Part shown: one piece after another, positions 27,948-35,682 of the stretch
Position numbering within the stretch: the stretch's first letter is position 1
How the letters are laid out: every line of letters begins with the position of its first letter
Assembly: GCA_050122495.1 (NCBI GenBank)
Contig: JASFIU010000002.1
Span: 1-42,603 of the forward strand
From: Desulfobacterales bacterium
Lineage (GTDB): Bacteria > Desulfobacterota > Desulfobacteria > Desulfobacterales > JAHEIW01
Length of the DNA: 42,603 nucleotides
Reading direction: 5' to 3'
The notes under the pieces: generated by a model
Told to the model about the DNA's origin: nothing
The model's database searches: none
What the model saw: only the letters and a program-made list of their open reading frames with translations
Program-made: the position numbers and the translations under genes

Positions 27948-29102
27948 ATGATTCTGCACATCGACATGGATGCTTTTTATGCCTCCGTGGAACAACTGGA
28001 TAACCCCCGACTTAAAAACAAATGCGTCATCGTCGGCGGGACCTCAAACCGCGGGGTGGTTTCGGCGGCCAGCTATGAAGCCCGGCAGTTCGGTATCCAT
28101 TCAGCCATGCCGATTTATCAGGCCAAACAAAAATGCCCCCAGGGGATCTTTGTGCCTCCGCGAATGGGCCGCTATAAGGAGGTATCCAAAAAGGTGATGG
28201 CGCTGCTGCGGGATTTTTCGCCGCTGGTGGAGCCGGTTTCCATCGATGAAGCCTATATGGATATCACGGGATGCCAGCGCCTGTTTGGTGAGCCGCAAGA
28301 AACGGCCTGGGAGATTAAAAGAAAAATAAAGGAAACGGTTCAACTGACCTGTTCAATCGGTGTTGCGCCCAACAAGTTTCTGGCAAAAATCGCCTCGGAT
28401 TTGGAAAAGCCGGACGGTCTGACATTGATCCTGCCGAACCAGGTTTCGGAATTTATCGATTCACTTCCCATAAAAAAAGTGCCCGGTGTTGGCAAAAAAA
28501 TGCACCGGCAACTCGAACTATTGAGTATTCGCACACTGGGAGACGTGCAGCGGCTGCCGGAGAAAACACTGGAGATGCATCTGGGCAAGTTCGGCCAACG
28601 CTTACGCAAGCTCGCAGCGGGTAGTGACCATTCGTCTGTATCTCCGCACGCACCCCACAAATCGATTAGCAGTGAACGAACCCTGGCAGCAGACACCCGT
28701 GACACAAAGCTGCTGAAGCGCTATCTTCTGAGACAATCCGAGGAAGTGGCCAAACAGCTTCGCAAGGCCGGTGTGCGCGCCAAAACCATCACCATTAAAA
28801 TAAAAGATGCGGACTTCAAGCAGGTTACCCGGCGGACAACGATTTCCATCCCCACCCAATCATCTAAAACAATCTACCGGCATGCAGAACAATTGATGGA
28901 TGATTTTAAAATTACAAAAAAAATCCGCCTGATTGGGGTCGGAACCTCCGGCTTTTCATCAATAACCGCGTCTTTACAAATGGGTCTTTTTGAAAAAGAT
29001 TCGGAAGTTAAAGATGAATGGGAAAAAGTCGACAGAACCCTCGATTCCATCAGCAAAAAGTTTGGCAAGGATGTCATTGGACGTGCGACGCTAAAGGAAT
29101 AA
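27948..29102 (+). CDS. dinB: DNA polymerase IV (Y-family)
   Basis: The ORF begins MILHIDMDAFYASVEQ. It also carries SIDEAYMDIT and the little-finger region, and is 384 aa. Confidence 0.92.
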   Translation: MILHIDMDAFYASVEQLDNPRLKNKCVIVGGTSNRGVVSAASYEARQFGIHSAMPIYQAKQKCPQGIFVPPRMGRYKEVSKKVMALLRDFSPLVEPVSIDEAYMDITGCQRLFGEPQETAWEIKRKIKETVQLTCSIGVAPNKFLAKIASDLEKPDGLTLILPNQVSEFIDSLPIKKVPGVGKKMHRQLELLSIRTLGDVQRLPEKTLEMHLGKFGQRLRKLAAGSDHSSVSPHAPHKSISSERTLAADTRDTKLLKRYLLRQSEEVAKQLRKAGVRAKTITIKIKDADFKQVTRRTTISIPTQSSKTIYRHAEQLMDDFKITKKIRLIGVGTSGFSSITASLQMGLFEKDSEVKDEWEKVDRTLDSISKKFGKDVIGRATLKE

Positions 29103-29200
29103 TGGTGTTATGTTCCCAAAAAACGCTACCAAAGTTATGTGGAATATTTTAGTGAGCTAGCATTCGTTGAACAACACAATGTCTATGGTTTCAGCCGATT

Positions 29201-29283
29201 CTCGAGTACGAATGCGAGTACGAGGACGATATTTTGTTATCCCATTTTACCCGTCCTCGTCCTCTTCCTCGTTCTCGTACTCG
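29201..29283. repeat. Periodic-arm hairpin, CGAG(G/T)A hexamer family
   Basis: Left arm 29201-29229 is CTCGAGTACGAATGCGAGTACGAGGACGA. The loop is TATTTTGTTATCCCATTTTACC. Right arm 29252-29283 is CGTCCTCGTCCTCTTCCTCGTTCTCGTACTCG. Confidence 0.9.
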
Positions 29284-29293
29284 GGTGTTGTCC

Positions 29294-29374
29294 AATAATT
29301 CATCTGACACCTGACACCCGACTGTGCGGCCGCAGGCGCTATGGCGTGGCGAAGGCCCGAAACCTGACGCCTGA
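29294..29374. repeat. TGACACC-type heptamer arm fragments (single orientation)
   Basis: CTGACACCTGACACCCGAC lies at 29294-29312 and CGAAACCTGACGCCTGA at 29358-29374. A lone GGTTTCAG unit at 29187-29194 sits on the other side of the hexamer hairpin. Confidence 0.6.
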
Positions 29375-29456
29375 TATTAACCGTGTTTTTCAGATGGGCT
29401 TGTCAGACGCAACCCGAGAGCCAACCTTAAAAATCAAAAATAGAGTGAGCCTGGTT

Positions 29457-31916
29457 ATGAAAAAGGAATTCAACAGACGATACGAGGATCTGTTTCAATT
29501 TGTTCCGATCGGTTTTTTTACCTTTGACCGGGGGGGACAAATCCTGGAAGTCAATCCGACCGGCGCCAGACTTCTGGGGACCCGACGGTCGGATTTACTA
29601 AAGCAAAAATTCGCGGATTATATTGTTGCGGATTTCCAGAGTGGATTCCAGCACCATTGTAAAAAAGTGTTTGAATCCGGCAACCGTGAAACCTACGATC
29701 TGCGTATACGCAAAAAGGGCCGGGCATCCTTTTGGGCGCAACTCGAAAGTATTGCCATTAAGCCCCATAATCGAAGCGCAAACGGCCGTCACTTTAATAC
29801 CGCCATAACGGATATCTCGGACCGCAAACAAGCCGAGGAAGCCCTGTGTAACGCCCTTGAAAAATCCAATCAGCAAGCCAAAGAAGTATCGTCTTTGCTT
29901 GAAAGTTCCCGGGCTGTCCTACAATATCGTGAATTTAAAGATTCCGCCAAATCCATATTCAATTCCTGCAAAAATCTGATCGGCGCCAGGGCCGGTTATG
30001 TGGCCTTATTAACCAAAGATGGCACCGAAAATGAATTGCTGCATCTGGACGCCGGCGGACTGGCCTGCACGGTGGATACCGAACTTCCGATGCCGATCCG
30101 GGGATTGCGCGAAAAAGCCTACCGCGCCTGCAACACGGTCTATGAAAATCGGTTTTCGCAAAGCAAATGGACCCAATTTTTGCCTGACGGACACGTCAAG
30201 CTCGATAATGTCTTATTTGCGCCCCTTGTGATTGACAACAAAGCCGTCGGCTTGCTGGGCCTGGCCAACAAACCGGGCGGATTCACAAAAGAAGATGCCC
30301 GCATCGCATCGGGTTTCAGTGAATTTGCTTCGGTGGCCCTCTTTAACAGCCACACCCTGGAATCATTGGAGCACAGCGAGGAGCGCTTCAGAACCGTGGT
30401 GGAAACTGCGATCGATGCCATCATCACCGTCGACAGTCGTGGAAAAATAATATTCTGGAACCCTCAGGCTGAACGGATGTTTGGCTATTCCGCAAAGGAT
30501 ATGATCGGTAAACCCGTTGCCGTTATTATGCCCGAACGATTCCGGCAAGCCCATCAACTGGGCTTAAGAAAAGCGGCTCAACATCAGATGCCCAAAATCG
30601 CTGGTCATATCCTTGAGCTGGTCGGGTTGCGAAAGGACGGCAATGAATTTCCCCTGGAACTATCCCTGGCAAACTGGGATACCAAAGAGGGTGTTTTCTT
30701 TACAGCGATCATCCGCGATATCAGCGAACGCAAACTTGCTGAAATAGAGTTGCAAACGGCTCGCAACGAACTGGAGCGCCGGGTAGTTGAACGCACCACC
30801 GAACTCGGAACAACCAACGAGAAATTGCGCCAGCAAATATCCGAATGCGAGCAGGCCGAGCTCGCCTTGCGTGAATCCGAACACAAATATGCGACTCTGG
30901 TCGAAGACGCTTTGATTGGCGTATATATCATCAAAGACGGAAAAATTGAATTTGCCAATGATAAATTTGCCGACATCTACGGCTATTCCAAAGACGAATT
31001 GATCGGCATGGACTCCCTGGACCTGGTTCATCCGGATGACCGGCCGCTGGTCAAAAAATTAAGAGAAAAAAGGCTTAAAGGCGAAAAAGTGCCGGTTGAG
31101 TATGAAAGCAAAAGCGTGAGAAAAAACGGTGATATCATCTGGGTCATGCGAAGCTTCTCACAGATAAACTATAAGGGGGGCGCCGCGATTTCAGGAATTG
31201 TTGCTGATATAACCAAACGCCGCGAGGCTGAAGAAGCATTGCGAAAATCTGACAAAGAGTTGCGCATTTTGTCCAACCAGCTCCTTTCAGCCGAAGAAAA
31301 GGAGCGCAAACGGATCGCCCGTGAACTGCACGACGGTATCGGGCAGGCTTTAAGTGCTATTAAATTCAGCGTGGAAAACGCCCTTCTGGAATTGCGTGAA
31401 ACAACAAACCCGATTGATCTGGGGTCTTTGGAGGCCGTCATCCCCTTAACCCAGAAAACCATCGAAGAGGTTCGTAGAATCGTAATGGATTTGAGGCCTT
31501 CCATTTTAGATGACCTCGGAATTCTGGCGACCATCGGATGGTTTTGCCGGGAATTTAAAAATGTCTATACCGGAATCCGAATTGAAACCACCATCGACAT
31601 TAAGGAAGATGAGGTTCCGCAACACCTCAAAACGATTATTTATCGCATTTTGCAAGAGGCCCTAAACAACGTCGCCAAACACAGCCAGGCCAATTTTGTT
31701 CACCTGCGACTGCGAAAAAAGGAAACGGGTATGGAATTGATCATCCATGATAACGGACGCGGATTCAATCTGGACCAGGCCATGGCCTTAAAAACATCCC
31801 GTCGGGGATTTGGGCTGGCCAGCATGCGGGAACGGGCCGAAATGTCGGGAGCGGCGTTTGAAATTGATTCAATAATCGGACGCGGAACCACGGTCAGGGT
31901 TGTTTGGAACGGCTAG
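29457..31916 (+). CDS. Sensor histidine kinase, PAS-GAF-PAS-PAS-HisKA_3-HATPase (NarL-partner class)
   Basis: The H-box is ELHDGIGQAL and HATPase N/G boxes are present (LQEALNNVAKH, DNGRGF, GFGLASMRERA). There are multiple PAS segments. The start is set at ATG 29457 (alternative 29394) because the 29139 GTG ORF extension is translated repeat DNA. Confidence 0.85.
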   Translation: MKKEFNRRYEDLFQFVPIGFFTFDRGGQILEVNPTGARLLGTRRSDLLKQKFADYIVADFQSGFQHHCKKVFESGNRETYDLRIRKKGRASFWAQLESIAIKPHNRSANGRHFNTAITDISDRKQAEEALCNALEKSNQQAKEVSSLLESSRAVLQYREFKDSAKSIFNSCKNLIGARAGYVALLTKDGTENELLHLDAGGLACTVDTELPMPIRGLREKAYRACNTVYENRFSQSKWTQFLPDGHVKLDNVLFAPLVIDNKAVGLLGLANKPGGFTKEDARIASGFSEFASVALFNSHTLESLEHSEERFRTVVETAIDAIITVDSRGKIIFWNPQAERMFGYSAKDMIGKPVAVIMPERFRQAHQLGLRKAAQHQMPKIAGHILELVGLRKDGNEFPLELSLANWDTKEGVFFTAIIRDISERKLAEIELQTARNELERRVVERTTELGTTNEKLRQQISECEQAELALRESEHKYATLVEDALIGVYIIKDGKIEFANDKFADIYGYSKDELIGMDSLDLVHPDDRPLVKKLREKRLKGEKVPVEYESKSVRKNGDIIWVMRSFSQINYKGGAAISGIVADITKRREAEEALRKSDKELRILSNQLLSAEEKERKRIARELHDGIGQALSAIKFSVENALLELRETTNPIDLGSLEAVIPLTQKTIEEVRRIVMDLRPSILDDLGILATIGWFCREFKNVYTGIRIETTIDIKEDEVPQHLKTIIYRILQEALNNVAKHSQANFVHLRLRKKETGMELIIHDNGRGFNLDQAMALKTSRRGFGLASMRERAEMSGAAFEIDSIIGRGTTVRVVWNG

Positions 31917-32012
31917 ATTTCGGATTGCGGATTTCGGATTTGGGATTTGGGATTTAAAAAAATGTTCCTCCTTTTAAAAAATCCGCAATCCGCAATCTGA
32001 AATCCGAAATCG
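31915..32012. repeat. Periodic-arm hairpin, GCGGATT heptamer family, filling the whole convergent gap
   Basis: Left arm 31915-31955 is AGATTTCGGATTGCGGATTTCGGATTTGGGATTTGGGATTT. The loop is A/T-rich. Right arm 31977-32012 is AAAATCCGCAATCCGCAATCTGAAATCCGAAATCGG. The element starts inside the kinase stop codon and ends 2 nt before the regulator stop codon. Confidence 0.9.
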
Positions 32013-32014
32013 GG

Positions 32015-32674
32015 TTATCTTTCGACCAGGCCTTGCTCTATGGCATACGCCGTCAGCGCAGCCGCATTGTGAAGATCCAGCTTCTTCATTAGATTGGCCC
32101 GATGTTTTTCAACGGTTTTTAAGCTGATGCAAAGATCGGTGGCAATTTCTTTATTTTTATACCCTTCCGCAATCAGCTTTAATACCTCCCGTTCGCGCAG
32201 GGAAAGCAACCCCAGCGTTGACAGGGGCATCTGGCTCTCTTTACCTTCCAGATAGCCTTCGACCACCTTGCCGGACACACCGGGGCTCAGATAGGTTTTG
32301 CCTCTCAAGACGCTCTCAATGGCCATCATGAGCTCTTCATGGGTGGCATCTTTGAGCACATAGCCGTCGGCGCCCGCCTGCAGGGTGGTCCGGAGGTATT
32401 CCTCAGTTTTATGGACCGTCAAGGCAATGATCTTTGTCTGGGGATATCGCTTTTTGATCTCTCTGATCGCATCCATGCCGGTCATGCGCGGCATCGAAAG
32501 ATCCATTAAAATGAGGTCGGGGATCTGTTTCTCCACAAAACGGACGGCCTCGCGGCCATCTGCCGCTTCTGCAACGATTTCAAAGTCCGGATCGGCAGTC
32601 AGAAGCGCCCGCAAACCTTCCCTGAGAATGGTATGGTCCTCAGCCAGAACAATTCTGACTTTCGCATTCATCAT
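32015..32674 (-). CDS. NarL/LuxR-family response regulator (REC plus LuxR-type HTH)
   Basis: The REC domain has VLAEDH and LILMDLSMP, giving the phospho-acceptor Asp context. The C-terminus LSLREREVLKLIAEGYKNKEIA is a LuxR HTH. Confidence 0.9.
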   Translation of the reverse strand: MMNAKVRIVLAEDHTILREGLRALLTADPDFEIVAEAADGREAVRFVEKQIPDLILMDLSMPRMTGMDAIREIKKRYPQTKIIALTVHKTEEYLRTTLQAGADGYVLKDATHEELMMAIESVLRGKTYLSPGVSGKVVEGYLEGKESQMPLSTLGLLSLREREVLKLIAEGYKNKEIATDLCISLKTVEKHRANLMKKLDLHNAAALTAYAIEQGLVER

Positions 32675-32945
32675 CTGCCCCTCTTATCAATGAGTCGACG
32701 ACCACCCGCAAAGCGTGTGGCTTGGATATTCTCTTCGAACGGTCCACTACTTAAATTTAGATAATAAAATACAGCTTATTTAAATCAAATATACAGTGTA
32801 GGCTTTATTTATCATGATGATTTTATTTAGTAAACAGTAGATGATCTGGTTTTGTGGTTTGCACTTAACTGCAAGATCGATGTGCAACAATTGTCTGGAT
32901 GATTTATCCTTTATAAATCTCACCCGATTCAGGAGCGGTTCCAGA

Positions 32946-33347
32946 ATGTTCAGGATCTTAATCATTGATCCGAATACTCCCTTCCGGGAGTCCCTCAGGA
33001 AAATCATTAATGGGCGTTTTCCGAAGATTGAGATCCAGGAAGCGACTGCCGGAGCTGAAGGGCTGGTGAAGCTGAACACTTTTGACCCCCTGCTGATCTT
33101 CATCGATATTTATTTGCCGGACAAAAACGGTCTCGATCTAGCCAAAAAGATCAAGGCATCTTATCCTGAAATCATCGTTGCCATCTTTGCAAGATACGAT
33201 TCTCCAGAATACCGGGCCGCCGCAAATGATTCCGGGGTAGAGCACTTGATCCCCAAAGACGATTGGACCGGGGAAGATATCCTGGCTTTGGTTGAATCGA
33301 TTTTTTTAGATACCGAAACCCGGCCGGCTAAAATCGATCGCAAATAA
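32946..33347 (+). CDS. Single-domain CheY-like receiver protein
   Basis: MFRILIIDPN...LIFIDIYLPDKNG...LIPKD gives REC signatures with no output domain. ATG 32946, with AGGAG 10 nt upstream, is preferred over the 32841 ORF start. Confidence 0.7.
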   Translation: MFRILIIDPNTPFRESLRKIINGRFPKIEIQEATAGAEGLVKLNTFDPLLIFIDIYLPDKNGLDLAKKIKASYPEIIVAIFARYDSPEYRAAANDSGVEHLIPKDDWTGEDILALVESIFLDTETRPAKIDRK

Positions 33348-33505
33348 TCTGGTTGTAAATTGGAAGACGTAATACAGCGGCATTTTATAAAGGTTTTCCG
33401 AAAGGCAATCAAATCATAAGTAGCATCCTCTTGTTGTTATTTGCCTTTTTATTGAACCATTTCAGCATGGAAAGGGGGTGATTCGCCCGGAAACATAAGT
33501 TGGCG

Positions 33506-33535
33506 TTGACATTGGAAAACGTTTAATTTCATTAT
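33506..33535 (+). promoter_or_regulatory. Sigma-70-type promoter candidate for the porin gene
   Basis: TTGACA at 33506-33511 is followed by an 18-nt spacer and CATTAT at 33530-33535. Confidence 0.35.
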
Positions 33536-33552
33536 ACAAGGAGGAGTTTAAG

Positions 33553-34650
33553 ATGAAGAAATTTTCACAATTAGGCATTATTGTATTGACAATGGCACTC
33601 ACAATCCTGTTAATTCTACCTGCTGCCAATGCGTTGGATTTTAAAGTTTCCGGGCAGGTTAACCGGGCGGTCCTCTGGGGCGACAACGGTAATGACGATG
33701 ACGTTAAATTCGTGGACAATGAAAACTCATCCACCCGCTTTCGATTTACCGGGTCTAATGAATTTAATGAAAATTGGTCCGTCGGCTTCAAATGGGAAAA
33801 TCAGATGGAGTCGAACTCTTCGGTGGACGATAGCGGGGACCTCGATATCGGTTCAAATGGTGATGTTGGCGATATCACTTTCACCGAGCGTCATATGGAT
33901 ATTTATTTCCAGCATAGTAAGTTCGGAAAACTTTCCCTCGGCCAGGGTGACACCGCCTCCAACGGCACCTCCGAGGTGGACCTGTCCGGCACCACGGTGG
34001 TGAACTACTCTTCCATCGCAGATATGGCCGGTGCTTTTTTCTTTCGCGATGACGATGATAATGTTATCACTTCTATCGCTGATTCTTTCAGCAACTTTGA
34101 CGGATTAAGCCGCCGCGACCGCATCCGCTACGATACGCCCAAGTTCGGCCCGGTCTTTTTTTCGGCCAGTTACATGAACGGTCAATCCTATGACTTTGCC
34201 GGGCGCCTTGCTTATCAATGGGAAGGCTTCGGAAAACTGGCGGCCGCCGCCAGCTGGCTGCCCGCTGATACGCAGCGCTTTACCTTTAAACAATACAGCG
34301 GTTCGGTCTCATTTCTGTTCGACTTTGGTTTGAATCTGACATTTGCCGGTGCCAATCGCTATGATACACCCGGTGATGACGAACCCTATAACCTCTACGG
34401 CAAAGTGGGCTATAAAATGGAAAAATGGGCCTTCTCGGTCGATTATACCTACTCAGAAGATGTGGACGAAATCGATGATGAAGCCACCTCGATCGGGCTC
34501 GCGGCTGTGTGGCAGCCCTGGAAAAGCGTGGAACTCTATGGTTCTTATCGCTGGCACGATCTAGACCGTGACGCCGACCAACGAGCCCCCGGGGTGGGTA
34601 ACGCAGAAGATCTCCATGCTGTCATGATCGGTAGCCGGGTCAAGTTCTAA
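33553..34650 (+). CDS. Outer-membrane porin (beta-barrel)
   Basis: The signal peptide ends in ANA-LD. Alternating amphipathic strands, many Gly/Tyr/Asp, and a C-terminal ...GSRVKF (terminal Phe) are present. AAGGAGGAG SD is present. Confidence 0.7.
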   Translation: MKKFSQLGIIVLTMALTILLILPAANALDFKVSGQVNRAVLWGDNGNDDDVKFVDNENSSTRFRFTGSNEFNENWSVGFKWENQMESNSSVDDSGDLDIGSNGDVGDITFTERHMDIYFQHSKFGKLSLGQGDTASNGTSEVDLSGTTVVNYSSIADMAGAFFFRDDDDNVITSIADSFSNFDGLSRRDRIRYDTPKFGPVFFSASYMNGQSYDFAGRLAYQWEGFGKLAAAASWLPADTQRFTFKQYSGSVSFLFDFGLNLTFAGANRYDTPGDDEPYNLYGKVGYKMEKWAFSVDYTYSEDVDEIDDEATSIGLAAVWQPWKSVELYGSYRWHDLDRDADQRAPGVGNAEDLHAVMIGSRVKF

Positions 34651-34664
34651 AAAGAAAGGCAATT

Positions 34665-35171
34665 ATGCATCACAATCAATCAATCCTGTGGGCGTTTTTT
34701 GGAATCGTTCTGTCGGCAGCGCTGTTGACGGGCTGCGGCGCCAAAGGACAGCCGGCTGAATTTGAGCAGACGGCCGGGGAGATGAAAGAGGGACCCGGTG
34801 TTTTCACCGGCGAAGAGGGCGAATTTACAATCTTTGACTCCAAGAAGGGCGGCCCCTTCTGGAGGCATTCCCAGGAGAAATCTGAGGAAGCTTCCAACGA
34901 GACGGGCAAGGCGGCCCCGGCGACTTCGGACCAAAGCGCTGAGGTATCCGCAACTCAGCTTGCTGCTGAAGACCGGTCCAAAGAATCTGGTGTCAGCCCT
35001 GAAGCCGCCAAGGAATTCCAGGAATTTCAGGAATGGAAAAAAGAGCAAAAGGAATTCCGCGAATTTCAGGAATGGAAAAAAACATCCCAAGGCGCAGCTG
35101 AGTACAGGGAATTTCTGGAGTGGAAGGAATGGAAGACCTATCAGGAATGGAAAAAGCGGCAGAAACAATAA
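34665..35171 (+). CDS. Lipoprotein with C-terminal EF(Q/R)EWKK tandem repeats
   Basis: The lipobox is LLTGC. A low-complexity acidic middle is followed by KEFQEFQEWKKEQKEFREFQEWKK...EYREFLEWKEWKTYQEWKK. A 36-nt DNA unit is duplicated around 35021-35092. Confidence 0.65.
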   Translation: MHHNQSILWAFFGIVLSAALLTGCGAKGQPAEFEQTAGEMKEGPGVFTGEEGEFTIFDSKKGGPFWRHSQEKSEEASNETGKAAPATSDQSAEVSATQLAAEDRSKESGVSPEAAKEFQEFQEWKKEQKEFREFQEWKKTSQGAAEYREFLEWKEWKTYQEWKKRQKQ

Positions 35172-35252
35172 GTGGATTGAACGGATCTGCATGCTTCCGT
35201 ACCGAATAGGAACACCTCAGACATAGGCCCCTTATAAAAGGGTTTCATTTTG

Positions 35253-35292
35253 AGGCAGGGCCTTATCCTGCGATCAGGCCCTGCTTTATTTT
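35253..35292 (+). terminator. Intrinsic terminator after the porin-lipoprotein pair
   Basis: GCAGGGCCT at 35255-35263 pairs with AGGCCCTGC at 35276-35284 (9 bp) around a 12-nt loop. TTTATTTT follows. Confidence 0.75.
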
Positions 35293-35306
35293 CTGGCAAT
35301 GAATGG

Positions 35307-35329
35307 AAATGAGCCGACCTCATTTTTTT
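35307..35329 (+). terminator. Second, tandem intrinsic terminator
   Basis: AAATGAG-CCGAC-CTCATTT is followed by a T-run (TTTTTTT overall). Confidence 0.55.
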
Positions 35330-35374
35330 AGGCAGGGAATGACTAGTTAACCCTGAAAGGACTCCATATTTTTC

Positions 35375-35403
35375 TTGACATACAACATATAGTATGAGAT
35401 AAA
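35375..35403 (+). promoter_or_regulatory. Sigma-70-type promoter candidate for nrdJ with a long leader
   Basis: TTGACA at 35375-35380 is followed by a 17-nt spacer and GATAAA at 35398-35403. This implies a leader of about 270 nt. Confidence 0.4.
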
Positions 35404-35682
35404 TGTTAACTGCACTACATGATAGGCTAATTCGGAAAACCGGTCATCCCGAACTCTGACCAGAGTTGACCTTAAACAGGTAATACCCAACCTTTTTATA
35501 TTACAACGACACGATTTCCCTTTAGCCGTATCACATCTTATCGAGCAGGTTAAAATTCCTCAAAGCGATACAAAAAAGATGGCAAACGCCCAGATAGTTG
35601 CGGGTTTTTTTATTCCAAAATACCGGCGACACTACAGCGAATAATTCAAAAAGATACATATCCTCAAATCAGGAGCAGCGCA

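Noticed and set aside
32780-33103. 107-aa minus-strand ORF and the 35-codon N-terminal extension of the CheY-like gene (32841 start)
   Set aside because: There is no motif and no SD. The receiver domain begins at ATG 32946, which has an AGGAG SD. The region is more likely divergent promoter DNA.
34680-35192. 170-aa minus-strand ORF (and 142-aa plus-strand alternate frame) over the lipoprotein gene
   Set aside because: It is generated by the low-complexity repeat region. The plus-strand frame with the lipobox, coupled to the porin gene, is the coherent reading.
35340-35682. Cobalamin riboswitch upstream of the B12-dependent nrdJ
   Set aside because: No B12-box-like core or characteristic conserved stems could be recognised by eye. 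This needs a covariance-model search to exclude formally.
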